29,439 nt of DNA from Candidatus Thorarchaeota archaeon (GCA_003345595.1 PRDI01000041.1:1-29439); one strand, 5' to 3'. Positions 6,321-15,773 are shown, numbered from the stretch's first letter. Translations and numbers: made by a program. The notes: generated by a model not told the origin, from the letters alone.

Positions 6321-8531
6321 TTACTTGAGCCGCCGGCGGAATAAGACAGTGCCGATGATTACAACTGCAAGAACCGCAAGTGCTCCGGCTATGAAGTAAT
6401 CAGAGACCAGGTACCCAACGGCTACGGTTACTTCATCAGACGCACTGCGATTTGCCCAATCGAAGACTGTCACGTTGAGCAAATGTGTACCGGGGCTGAG
6501 ATTCTCAATTTGCAGTAAATGGCTTAGGCCGCCAAACGAACCCACAAGGGAACTGTCGATTCGGACTTCTACGAGATGGCAGCCGGACCCCATGTCAGAC
6601 ATAGTCCAGTGCAGCACAAGTGTAGAATCAACTGAGCTTCCCTCAGCGGGGTATGTTATGGTCACGGTTGGGTCCAGAAGATCAACCATGAAGCTGATTT
6701 GCTCGGTCGCGCTGTTGCCCGCACAGTCCAGTACAGTAACGTTGACTATGTGCATACCGTGGAAAAGGCCAATCAGGGTTGTGTTGGTGATTGGTCCTGT
6801 GTAGACGGTTGAGTTCGTATTGTCAAGCCACACTTGTGAGAAGGAATAGCCGCTGCCTGAGTCCCAAGCATTCCAGCTGCACCCTACATGATCAGTCGAA
6901 ATGTTGGACAGGGCCACAGGAGAAACCATGGTGACGGTAGGGCTTTCAGTGTCGATTCTCACTCTGTAATGAGCGGCTGTCTTTCCGACGTTTCCCACAG
7001 AGTCTCTTGCTACCACGTGAATGTACCAGGTTCCGTCACTCAAGTTCGTACTCACGTAGGTACCATTCACTGTTGTGTACGCGAATCCACCAGGAGTGGG
7101 TACTGTTCGAGGACTCTGGTCGACCACGTAGTAGAAGCCCGAGATGCCATTAACGTCAGCTGGTAGCGACCAGTTGAAATGAGGCTTGGGGTTGCTGGAC
7201 CAGCTGTTCGGGTCGGGATGGGTTATAGAGCCAATGTTCGGCGACAGCACTGTGCAGTCGTAGATAATGGTCAGAACCGGGTCTCCAATGATTGCCATTC
7301 CGTAGTACCACTGCAGATACTCGGGCCCCGCGGTGCTGCTGGGCGAAAGAGCATTTGAAAACCACTCGACGAGGCCATCTCCAAGGGTCGCATTGCTATG
7401 CAATGCAGAGTAGAAGTAGTTGCAGTCCATCATGCCGCCTGTCTTTGTGCTTCCTATGGCGGCCAGGCTGTAATCGCCCGAGAAGGTGTATGTTACAGCC
7501 AGATCATCTATAGCTGTCCATTCGGCCCCGGAGCATGCGAAGAGATTGTAGAAATTCGACGCAGGCCCGGCAGCCCGGATGTCTGACGAGCTCGCTGTGC
7601 CCTCGCCATCACCATATGGACCAAAGTAGTGCATAGTGGCTGAGCTGTGCACACAGATGTGTGTCCACTGGTTATCCTGTGGAACCCTGTTGTTGAGCCA
7701 GTCCTCTGCTGTAGTCAGAAGTGGTTCCTGAATGAGTGTTCGAGTTGGATATGCCAGCCCCACATCATCACTCCATAGTGTCCCCCATATTCCCGACCAG
7801 TCATCGTCCACATAGACCAATGCGCGGTTGGTTCGTTGGAGGTTTCCAGTGCGATACGCATGAAGCCGGGCAAGGTACTCTTTGATGTGGGTAGCAGTTC
7901 CTGAGCCCCACGACAAGCAGGTTGGATCAATGCGGCCGACGAAGATTTCAGGATAGATGTCGCCTAGCGCAGACCCAGAGTGGCCATCATAGATTCCATC
8001 TTGGGGCACGGTATCAGACCATGTGCCGTCAAGATCCATTAGGTAGAGATCACAGATGAAGGTTTCAGCATCAAATTGCACTGACGCAGGGTGGTGAAAC
8101 CGAGCATACGGAAGCCGTCCAATCAAAACTGCACCGACGAGACTACTACTATCATACCATTGGAAAAGCATGTCCTTCAGATCTTGGTGACTGTTGACTT
8201 GCCCTGTGTACAGGATTGTATTGTACCCGGAGTCTTCAAGGTCTCTGCAATACTGAGTGACCTCTGATGAAACGTTCGAGTACAATGAGTCCTGAACGAT
8301 GACGGCGACAGACTTGCCGCCTGCAGGCTCTTCTGTCACAAAGTACGCATCGTACGGTATCAAGCTAGGGGACTCCGTTCTGACTGGGCCGTTCTTGTCC
8401 GCACCCTTGTTGAGCAGTCCGAGCGGTGTGTCATCAGGAGCAGGTGTAACAAGTGTGGTTACTATCAGAGCAAGACAGCAGAGAATCGCCAACAAACATT
8501 CCGGTTGGACAGACCTTACATACCTATCCAT
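6321..8531 (-). CDS. Secreted, membrane-anchored gingipain-like cysteine peptidase (C25/clan CD) with Ig-like domains
   Basis: Hydrophobic N-terminal signal. VGAVLIGRLP, DLYLMDLDG, PEIFVGRI, putative catalytic His (VHSS) and Cys (LFACS), and IIGDP. Ig-like repeats ending D..GN / D.ANR. C-terminal TM helix followed by RRRLK. Confidence 0.8.
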   Translation of the reverse strand: MDRYVRSVQPECLLAILCCLALIVTTLVTPAPDDTPLGLLNKGADKNGPVRTESPSLIPYDAYFVTEEPAGGKSVAVIVQDSLYSNVSSEVTQYCRDLEDSGYNTILYTGQVNSHQDLKDMLFQWYDSSSLVGAVLIGRLPYARFHHPASVQFDAETFICDLYLMDLDGTWSDTVPQDGIYDGHSGSALGDIYPEIFVGRIDPTCLSWGSGTATHIKEYLARLHAYRTGNLQRTNRALVYVDDDWSGIWGTLWSDDVGLAYPTRTLIQEPLLTTAEDWLNNRVPQDNQWTHICVHSSATMHYFGPYGDGEGTASSSDIRAAGPASNFYNLFACSGAEWTAIDDLAVTYTFSGDYSLAAIGSTKTGGMMDCNYFYSALHSNATLGDGLVEWFSNALSPSSTAGPEYLQWYYGMAIIGDPVLTIIYDCTVLSPNIGSITHPDPNSWSSNPKPHFNWSLPADVNGISGFYYVVDQSPRTVPTPGGFAYTTVNGTYVSTNLSDGTWYIHVVARDSVGNVGKTAAHYRVRIDTESPTVTMVSPVALSNISTDHVGCSWNAWDSGSGYSFSQVWLDNTNSTVYTGPITNTTLIGLFHGMHIVNVTVLDCAGNSATEQISFMVDLLDPTVTITYPAEGSSVDSTLVLHWTMSDMGSGCHLVEVRIDSSLVGSFGGLSHLLQIENLSPGTHLLNVTVFDWANRSASDEVTVAVGYLVSDYFIAGALAVLAVVIIGTVLFRRRLK

Positions 8532-8642
8532 GAGTTGAATCAGACCAAGGCTCTAGCAGTCTACATATCAATGTGTTGCCGTTATTTCATCGTGGGGTTA
8601 CTCTTTTTACTCGGTGAGCTTGCCTGTCAGCATGTGTCTGCG

Positions 8643-9437
8643 ATGCCGCTGGAGAAACTCGTTATCACTGCAACAACAGCGAACTCTTGGATTCATCCTG
8701 ACGTGAAGAACTGGGCCGAAACGACTGAGGCACTGGTTGCTGATGTAGTCAAGTGCACAGAGGCCGGCGCGGCCATCGCGCACGTACACCTGCCCACAGG
8801 TAAGGAAGTGGAGACAGTCAAGATGATCCGCGAGCGGTGTGATGTCATCGTTCAGGCGGGTATGTCCAGCTATCCAATCGATCAGCGTGAGAGCATGTTC
8901 AAGGCAAAGCCCGACATGCTTAGCATCATTCTCAATCATCATGACGAACACTTCACGAAGCTGTCTGTGAACCAGCTTCATCCTCTCGAAGAGTTGGAGC
9001 GCTACTGCAAGCGCTGTTCCCAGTTCCACATCAAACCGGAGTGGGAGGTGTGGCATTTGGGTTCGTACTGGAATCTACAATACCTGATTGACAAAGGGCT
9101 CATCAAACCGCCTCATGTTCTCACTCTATTCTTCAATTGGCCAGGCGGTACCTGGTCTCCACCGACCCCCGATGAATACCTACATCGAGTGAGGTACATG
9201 CCCCCTGATTGTATCCACACGGTCAGCGTGATGGGTGACGAGCAAATGAAGATAGTCAGTCTGGCCATCGGAGTAGGTGGCAATGTCAGAGTTGGCACTG
9301 AGGACAATCCTTTCATCACACCGGGAGCCCCGGCGAGAAACAACTCGGAAATTGTGTCTCAGACAGCCCGCCTTTCTCGTGAGATGGGACGCGAGGTTGC
9401 CACTCCTTCTGAGGCTCGGAAACTGATTGGGCTTTGA
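8643..9437 (+). CDS. Beta-keto acid cleavage enzyme (BKACE / 3-keto-5-aminohexanoate cleavage family)
   Basis: AGAAIAHVH metal motif, KPEWE, GGNVRVGTEDN and GREVATPSEARKLIGL. The family-like sequence begins at ATG 8643; the extension to 8505 overlaps the divergent gene and is unlikely. Confidence 0.92.
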   Translation: MPLEKLVITATTANSWIHPDVKNWAETTEALVADVVKCTEAGAAIAHVHLPTGKEVETVKMIRERCDVIVQAGMSSYPIDQRESMFKAKPDMLSIILNHHDEHFTKLSVNQLHPLEELERYCKRCSQFHIKPEWEVWHLGSYWNLQYLIDKGLIKPPHVLTLFFNWPGGTWSPPTPDEYLHRVRYMPPDCIHTVSVMGDEQMKIVSLAIGVGGNVRVGTEDNPFITPGAPARNNSEIVSQTARLSREMGREVATPSEARKLIGL

Positions 9438-9464
9438 ACGAAGTACACAAGAAGAGGATAATGT

Positions 9465-10211
9465 ATGAAGCTGAAAGGGAAAGTTGCGATTGTCACTGGC
9501 TCAGGCGCAGGCATAGGTGAAGCGACAGCAAAGCTGCTAGCCAGGGAAGGCGCCAAGGTTGCGTGCAATGATATACTGGAAGCCGCATCAAGGGTTCCGA
9601 AGGAGATCAAACAGGGAGGCGGTGAGGCGATGTTCATCCAGGGGGACGTTGCGGTAGCCGACGACGCAAAGAGAATCGTAGGCAAGACCATTGATGCATA
9701 CGGACGTCTTGACATACTCTGCAATATAGCTGGTATCGTTGTTCCCGGTCGGGTGGACAATGCCAATGACTCTGACTGGGACAAGACGATGGCTGTCAAT
9801 GTTCGGGGCACCTATCTTCTCTCCAAGTTCGCCATTCCTCATCTCAAGAAGACACAGGGCACAATAGTCAACACCGGGTCGTCAGTCGCAATAAAAGGAG
9901 TGAAGGACAGAGCAGCATATTCGGCGTCGAAGGGAGCGGTTGTATCACTCACCCGTGCGATGGCTGCAGACTACGTCGAAGATCGGATACGAGTCAACTG
10001 CATATGCCCCGGAACAACTGACACGCCATCCCTATCACAGCGGATTGCACAGCTTCCAGATCCCGAGGCGGCGCGCAAGCAGTTCATAAGCCGCCAGCCT
10101 CTCGGGCGGTTTGGCAAACCCGAGGAGATAGCCGAAGGCATTCTGTTCCTGATCTTGAATGATTTCTGCACGGGCACTACCCTCTCGGTCGATGGGGGTA
10201 TGACCGTCTAG
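9465..10211 (+). CDS. Short-chain dehydrogenase/reductase (BDH2 / 2-keto-3-deoxy-L-fuconate dehydrogenase-like)
   Basis: TGSGAGIG, YSASK and CPGTTDTPSLSQRI...RQPLGRFG. GAGGA RBS. Confidence 0.92.
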   Translation: MKLKGKVAIVTGSGAGIGEATAKLLAREGAKVACNDILEAASRVPKEIKQGGGEAMFIQGDVAVADDAKRIVGKTIDAYGRLDILCNIAGIVVPGRVDNANDSDWDKTMAVNVRGTYLLSKFAIPHLKKTQGTIVNTGSSVAIKGVKDRAAYSASKGAVVSLTRAMAADYVEDRIRVNCICPGTTDTPSLSQRIAQLPDPEAARKQFISRQPLGRFGKPEEIAEGILFLILNDFCTGTTLSVDGGMTV

Positions 10212-10303
10212 AGATTTCTGTGGGCCAACTCCCAGTGTGGGCTCTAACCATCCTTTGAAGAGGAGAGTATGAGTTCCGTCCCAGGTGGCAGACAGCTCTG
10301 CAG

Positions 10304-11080
10304 TTATCTAGCAGTCCAACCTCCATCAATCCTGAGGTCTGACCCTGTCATATAAGACGACTCATCACTCGCCAAGAATAGTATCCCGTAGGCCACCTCT
10401 TCGGCTGATGCCCAACGGCCCATGACGCCTTCAGACTCGAACTCTTTCTTCACGACAGCGTAGTCGACGCCGCGCTCACGAGCCTGCTTTGTCACATCAC
10501 TCACAAGCATCGGAGTATCCGTTGCGCCAGGCGAAACACTATTCACTCGTACGCCATAGGGTGCAAGGTCCAAGGCGAGCGCACGAGTGAACCCGAGTAT
10601 TCCTGCCTTGGTCGAGCAGTAGTTGGCATGATTGACTTGCCCGATGTGAGCCGCCACTGAAGCAAGAGTGATGATCGAACCATGACGCTGTTTCTTGAAG
10701 TATGGCACTGCGAACTTGCATGTGTAGAATGTTCCCCTCAGGTTAACGTCGATCAGCAGGCTGTAGTCCTGATCTGAGAAGTCTTCGATTGGACCTACTC
10801 TCACGACACCTGCGTTTGCAACCAAGACATCAATGCGCTTGTGCTTCGCGATTGTGCTGTCAATCATCCGCCTGACTTCGTCGGACTTGGTGACATCACA
10901 CTTCTGAGCGGTTGCGCGCTCTTTTCCCTCTCGAATCAATGACAGGGTATCTTTCAGCCCCTGTTCATTGACATCAGAGAGGACTTGGATAGCTCCCTCC
11001 TTTGCCAGAAGCATCGCGGCAGCTCTGCCTATGCCAGATGCAGCTCCCGTCATCACAACTACTTTGTCTTTGACTCTCAT
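10304..11080 (-). CDS. Short-chain dehydrogenase/reductase
   Basis: TGAASGIG, NAG, YCSTK, VSPG and IDGG. GAGGTGA upstream, overlapping the preceding stop. Confidence 0.95.
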   Translation of the reverse strand: MRVKDKVVVMTGAASGIGRAAAMLLAKEGAIQVLSDVNEQGLKDTLSLIREGKERATAQKCDVTKSDEVRRMIDSTIAKHKRIDVLVANAGVVRVGPIEDFSDQDYSLLIDVNLRGTFYTCKFAVPYFKKQRHGSIITLASVAAHIGQVNHANYCSTKAGILGFTRALALDLAPYGVRVNSVSPGATDTPMLVSDVTKQARERGVDYAVVKKEFESEGVMGRWASAEEVAYGILFLASDESSYMTGSDLRIDGGWTAR

Positions 11081-11090
11081 CCCGTCCCGA

Positions 11091-12218
11091 TCACCTCACG
11101 AAGATACTCTTCTCCAGACCGGAGATCCTCTCACATCCGGATGTTGTGACGCGATAGCAGTCTTCGATGCCTACGAGACCGTAATCCCTGAAGGGTTGCC
11201 ATACTTCGATATCGACAACCATGTTCTCACGAAATGGAATGCCTGCTGTTCTCATAGGCGAGAACATCTGCAGTTCCTCACATTCGAGGCCCAGACTGTG
11301 GCAGGTGATGAACGGCCGAACCCCTTTTTTCAAGGTCTTATGAAAGTCTGTCGCAGCCTTGAGAATGTCGCTCGGCATGGCTCCTGCCTTGAGTTCATCA
11401 ACACAGAACTCCTGAACCCTGATCATTCGATCCATGACTTCCTGCGCACCATCAGGAATGGTGCCAAGCACGAACTCGCGGCTCACGTCTGAAACATATC
11501 CCTGCCAGACTGCCCCCACATCTATACGACTTAGGTCTCCTTTCGTCAGCTTGGTTCCTATTCCAGGTGCCTCAGGGTCTGACGATCCGATTCCGAGTGT
11601 CAGATGATCCCAACCGGCTGCTCCTAGCTCAATCATCTTCTCTCGAGCAATCTCGAGTATCTCATTGTCAGTGATCCTCTCATGAACTTCGTCTATGACC
11701 GCATGAATTGCAGACTCGGCCACTTCGGTTGATCTCTTGATGCGGCGTAACTCTTCTTGGGATTTGACCAAACGCATCTGAAGGAAAGCGTCGTCGCCTT
11801 CAACAAACATCGCGCCAGGAAACTTCGACCTGAGAAACTCTGACTGGTATCTGGGCATGTGGCTCTCGAGGCCGATCACCTTGCCACTTGCGGCTCCCCA
11901 TTCCGTTATCTTATCGAAGATTCCTTGAAGCGCTTGCTGCGGTGAAACGATTCCGTTCGCGTCCTTCACCCATGATGATTTGGCGATGCTTGCGTATACC
12001 ATCCAGTAGAAGAGGCTCAGCTCACCATCCTTACGGACGAGCGACAAGAAGGGGAACTGGTTCTTCAGGACCCACAGAATGGGGTTTTCAGCCACTCGCA
12101 GAGTCGGCAAGCCTGTCGTGTAGAATACATTCACGTCAGTGGATGCGACCAAAACATCAATGCCCAGGCGATCGAGGATCTCGCTAGCCCTTTTCCTATC
12201 GTAGCCCACTGGTTCCAT
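11091..12218 (-). CDS. M24 (Xaa-Pro peptidase/creatinase fold) family protein
   Basis: Creatinase-type N-domain, MRLVKSQEE, and metal ligands in IDVG, SDVSR, CHSLG, IEV and GIED. Confidence 0.88.
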   Translation of the reverse strand: MEPVGYDRKRASEILDRLGIDVLVASTDVNVFYTTGLPTLRVAENPILWVLKNQFPFLSLVRKDGELSLFYWMVYASIAKSSWVKDANGIVSPQQALQGIFDKITEWGAASGKVIGLESHMPRYQSEFLRSKFPGAMFVEGDDAFLQMRLVKSQEELRRIKRSTEVAESAIHAVIDEVHERITDNEILEIAREKMIELGAAGWDHLTLGIGSSDPEAPGIGTKLTKGDLSRIDVGAVWQGYVSDVSREFVLGTIPDGAQEVMDRMIRVQEFCVDELKAGAMPSDILKAATDFHKTLKKGVRPFITCHSLGLECEELQMFSPMRTAGIPFRENMVVDIEVWQPFRDYGLVGIEDCYRVTTSGCERISGLEKSIFVR

Positions 12219-12238
12219 TCAAACCACTCCGCAGTATT

Positions 12239-12592
12239 TCATGTTTCGAAGAGATCCATGAACACCTCAAGCTTCTGAAGGTCCGCCATGTTACCTTTGG
12301 GCTTGAGTTGGCCATTCATGAAAGCTTCCATGGGGTCGGTCTCTCCTGAAGAGATGCTGGTGAAGAGACCTGAGTCAACTGTCAAGCTCATGTCAGGATT
12401 GGCCACCGTGCCATCCACGAGTCGAGCTTTGCCAGTTCCGTCAAAGACCATATGCACTGAGTACTTCAGGTCTGGGAAGGTCAGCAGGAAGGTCTTCTTG
12501 TATCCAACAAACTGCTGTGAAACATCAGGAGTGTTCTGGAGCAGCTCTATCCATTTCTCCAACGCGTCTCTGACTTCCTTCTTTCCTGGCAT
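12239..12592 (-). CDS. SCP2 sterol/lipid-binding domain protein
   Basis: PDMSLTVDS..F..I.SG..DPMEAFMNGQLK.KGNM..LQKL, the SCP2 signature. GAGGT RBS. Confidence 0.9.
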   Translation of the reverse strand: MPGKKEVRDALEKWIELLQNTPDVSQQFVGYKKTFLLTFPDLKYSVHMVFDGTGKARLVDGTVANPDMSLTVDSGLFTSISSGETDPMEAFMNGQLKPKGNMADLQKLEVFMDLFET

Positions 12593-12747
12593 CTTCCATA
12601 CCTCATCCTGTGAAGTTATTGACGGCCTAGCTTATTCCGAATGCCGCTAATTAGACTTGTGCCGCGGGGTCGTCGATGCTCTCACAGAAGCAACGTAGCA
12701 CCAGAGCCTCAGGCTTTCCGAACGCGCTAGGAGCCATGAAGTACGTC

Positions 12748-13638
12748 CTATTTGATGGCTTCCAGCAACACCTGCCTTCGACCGAGGAAGAAGGAACTGA
12801 TGATGATGAGCCCTATTCCAGCGAGTAGGAGCAGGATTGATTCAACACTTGGTGGCAAGAGAGCGAACACGACCAGGTAGACGAGGGCAGGCACGACTTG
12901 GATTGGTATCTGCTGAATTGGCACTAGAAGGTTAGCCTGGCCCGTTTTGAAAGCGGTCTGAAGTGTTCCGAGTCCGAATACGTTTGTCATGACAAGAGTG
13001 ATGCAGGCCACGGCAAAGAGGACAAGCTCAGGTAGTACAAACGTACCATCGAAGACATGCGCTATCGTTCCCATCATGGGTGCGATCCAGTAGTTCGACA
13101 GAGCGAATAGCACCCCGGATATCAAAGCCAAGGAGGTGGCTCGAAACCTTGTTGACCGGCGGTTGACGATGACAAGTCCCACCATGATCAGAACCAATAT
13201 CAGGGAAAACAGAGTGATTCGTACGAGGAATCCCATCTCGAGAAAGTAAAACGTTTCAACTGGAATGACCAGGTTGCTTGCCCCTAACAGTACAATAGCC
13301 AGAATCATGATGATGATACCGGTAATCTCGGGTGCTTTGAGAGACTCGCCAATGAGTTTCACAGACCCTACGGCCAGGAATATGAGACCTGCAGCCATCA
13401 ACCCCGGGACAAGTGCCGGACCTATCATCAGCTGGGCGATCATGAACATGGCTGTCCCGACTCCGAGCTGCAAGATTAGTCCGAAGAGCCAGAGAGGGTT
13501 CTTGATGAGAGTACGGAAGAATCTCTGTTCCCTTGCTTCCTGTGGTATGTCGTTGACTACCTTCTTCTGAGCAAGCGTTCCCAGATTGTTGCTTATGCCA
13601 GACAGAACGGCTAGTGTGACTCCAAGCGGATAAGACAG
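12748..13638 (-). CDS. DMT-superfamily transporter, NIPA (Mg2+ transporter)-like, with apparent CTG start
   Basis: The frame is open 55 codons beyond the ORF-track start (13473), back to CTG at 13638, directly after an in-frame TGA. The extension LSYPLGVTLAVLSG...LAQKK...LIKNPLWLFGL supplies the NIPA-like TM1, QKK and NPLW..G motifs. About 9 TM segments. Confidence 0.8.
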   Translation of the reverse strand: MSYPLGVTLAVLSGISNNLGTLAQKKVVNDIPQEAREQRFFRTLIKNPLWLFGLILQLGVGTAMFMIAQLMIGPALVPGLMAAGLIFLAVGSVKLIGESLKAPEITGIIIMILAIVLLGASNLVIPVETFYFLEMGFLVRITLFSLILVLIMVGLVIVNRRSTRFRATSLALISGVLFALSNYWIAPMMGTIAHVFDGTFVLPELVLFAVACITLVMTNVFGLGTLQTAFKTGQANLLVPIQQIPIQVVPALVYLVVFALLPPSVESILLLLAGIGLIIISSFFLGRRQVLLEAIK

Positions 13639-13670
13639 TCAGGATCCCCATCAGAGTCGAGCACAGCCAA

Positions 13671-13680
13671 CCTATAAGTA
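13671..13680. promoter_or_regulatory. Putative shared TATA element in the 66-bp divergent spacer
   Basis: CCTATAAGTA. TATAAG lies about 27 nt before ATG 13705 on +, and TTATAG about 34 nt before CTG 13638 on -. Confidence 0.45.
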
Positions 13681-13704
13681 TCCGCCCTGATTCATCCTCA
13701 GATA

Positions 13705-14502
13705 ATGACAAGGTTTGTCTTCTTCCAAGCACATCCTGACGATCTTGAAGTCAACTGTGCTCATCTCCTCCATTACCTAGCTGCGCACTCTGAGAAGCAT
13801 GACGTCAGAATCGTGTCCGTTACCAAGGGCGAGTTCGGTCTGCCAGGAGCACGGTATGACAGATACAAGGGTGATTTCCTTGCCGGTATTCGGACCAAGG
13901 AGCTGTTCAATGCTGCGGCCCTGCATGGAATCCAACCGAGCAGCATCGATTTCCTCGGTTACGTGGACGGATTTGTCGAGTTCAACGAGCGATTTGTTAA
14001 TCACATTGTGAGATATCTCCAGGATCACAGACCGGATGTCATAATCGCGCCTGAAGCATTGCACACATGGTACTATCACATGGACCACGTCAATACAGGA
14101 AGAGCCGTGTTCTATGCTCTATACCATCATCTCGTGGACTTCAGTCCCCGGCTTTACTTCTATACATCTCTCAACCCCAACTCGTTCTTGAAGGTCCCGA
14201 AAGAGCAAGTGGGCTTGACAGACCAGCTGATAGCCTGTCACAAGACACAGTGGTGGCTCATGAAGTGGATGAGGTACATAGTCAAACCGATGGAAATGGT
14301 CTCAGGATTGACAGCAAGAGGCTGGCGATATGCTGAACCATACAGAAGAGTCTTCTACGCTAAGCACAGCCGGGAGAAGAACAGAGCGGGGTTGCTTGTG
14401 CGCGTCTTCACTCACTTCTTCTCTGGTCTTCCCTATTTCCAGGCCAAGTATCCGCAAGATATCTTGGAAAAGATGCGAAGAGAGAAAGCAGTATCCGAAT
14501 GA
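13705..14502 (+). CDS. PIG-L/LmbE family zinc N-deacetylase
   Basis: AHPDD, TKGEFG, IRTKE, DG and HMDH motifs. Confidence 0.92.
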   Translation: MTRFVFFQAHPDDLEVNCAHLLHYLAAHSEKHDVRIVSVTKGEFGLPGARYDRYKGDFLAGIRTKELFNAAALHGIQPSSIDFLGYVDGFVEFNERFVNHIVRYLQDHRPDVIIAPEALHTWYYHMDHVNTGRAVFYALYHHLVDFSPRLYFYTSLNPNSFLKVPKEQVGLTDQLIACHKTQWWLMKWMRYIVKPMEMVSGLTARGWRYAEPYRRVFYAKHSREKNRAGLLVRVFTHFFSGLPYFQAKYPQDILEKMRREKAVSE

Positions 14503-14609
14503 CCTGTCGCATTGTACACGCTATGTGCCCTGATGGAGGAGCTGAAACTGGTCTCGCTTCTTCAACAAGGCGGGAACCTTTATGCTGAGGTCTGCATTGA
14601 GATTCTCCT

Positions 14610-15749
14610 ATGACCTTCGTCAGGTTCGGTGTGATAGGTTGTGGAAATGCCGGTAGTTTCCACGTGATATCCTGCAAGGACAGCCCGGAGTCACCCGTCA
14701 GATTCGTGGCAGCTCACGATGCCAACGAGAAGACGTTGGCCAGGTTCTCGAAGGTGCATAAGCTGAATCCCTACACTGACCTAGACAAGTTCCTTGGCAG
14801 CGATATTGACGCAGTATTGCTGTCCGTGCCCCACTACTTGCATGCGACTTTAGCAGAAAGGGTTGCAGCGGCGGGCAAGCACATCCTTTGTGAAAAGCCA
14901 ATGGCCACGACATTGGAAGAATGTGACCGCATGGTTGCTGCCGCCAAGAGAGCCTCTGTCAAGTTCATGATTGCAGAGAATCACCGATTCCTCCCTGCAC
15001 ACAGACTGATCAAGGATGTTGTTCAGAGGGGACTCATAGGCGATGTGTTCTTGGGACGTGCATATGAGGGGGCATTTGTTCCATCAAGAGTCTTCTTGGA
15101 CCCAGACAACTGGCAGTTCACTTATGACAAGGGCGGAGGAGGGGTTGTTGCTGATCAGGGCTGTCACAAGTTTGCCACTCTGAACTGGATGCTTGGTGAA
15201 GTTGACAAGGCAGAGTGTTGGCTCGGGAAAGCGCTCAACTCTCCTGCGACCAAGGGAGAGGACTGCGCAATAGTGCTCTTGAGGTACAAGAGTGGAGCAC
15301 TAATCACTGTCGATGTATCATCGGTCACTGTGCACCCATTGACGAACAGATTGGAGCTGCACGGGACAAAGGGTACGATTCTAGAAGACCATGCATGGGA
15401 GAGTCCTGTCAGCATCTTCTCCTCGCATGAACAAGCAGAGAAGAAAGGTGAGTTCTATTCTCCCAAGGTTGAGCACGGAGTGTATCCAAAGTACTACCTG
15501 ATTTCAGCAAGAGAGGAGGACACACACTTCGCAGACTGCATACTGAATGATCGCACTCCTGACTTCACTCCAGAACAGGCGAAACAGGCAGTGGCAGTCA
15601 CGCTGCTCTCCTACTTGTCTGCGAAGAAGGGGTCTGCTGCAGCGATGAGTGAGCTTGAAGCCATAGCAAAGACGAAGGGCACAAAGAGCGTCCTTGCTGG
15701 GCTTGAGAACGCAGTTCAGAGAAACTATGATGGAATGCGGTGGAGCTAG
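14610..15749 (+). CDS. Gfo/Idh/MocA family oxidoreductase
   Basis: GVIGCG, GKHILCEKP, RF.P and GGG...DQGCH motifs. Confidence 0.93.
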   Translation: MTFVRFGVIGCGNAGSFHVISCKDSPESPVRFVAAHDANEKTLARFSKVHKLNPYTDLDKFLGSDIDAVLLSVPHYLHATLAERVAAAGKHILCEKPMATTLEECDRMVAAAKRASVKFMIAENHRFLPAHRLIKDVVQRGLIGDVFLGRAYEGAFVPSRVFLDPDNWQFTYDKGGGGVVADQGCHKFATLNWMLGEVDKAECWLGKALNSPATKGEDCAIVLLRYKSGALITVDVSSVTVHPLTNRLELHGTKGTILEDHAWESPVSIFSSHEQAEKKGEFYSPKVEHGVYPKYYLISAREEDTHFADCILNDRTPDFTPEQAKQAVAVTLLSYLSAKKGSAAAMSELEAIAKTKGTKSVLAGLENAVQRNYDGMRWS

Positions 15750-15773
15750 TACGCCAGGAGGCTGACACTGGGA

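Noticed and set aside
8505-8642. N-terminal extension of the BKACE ORF
   Set aside because: Overlaps the start of the divergent peptidase gene and has no family similarity. This is promoter space.
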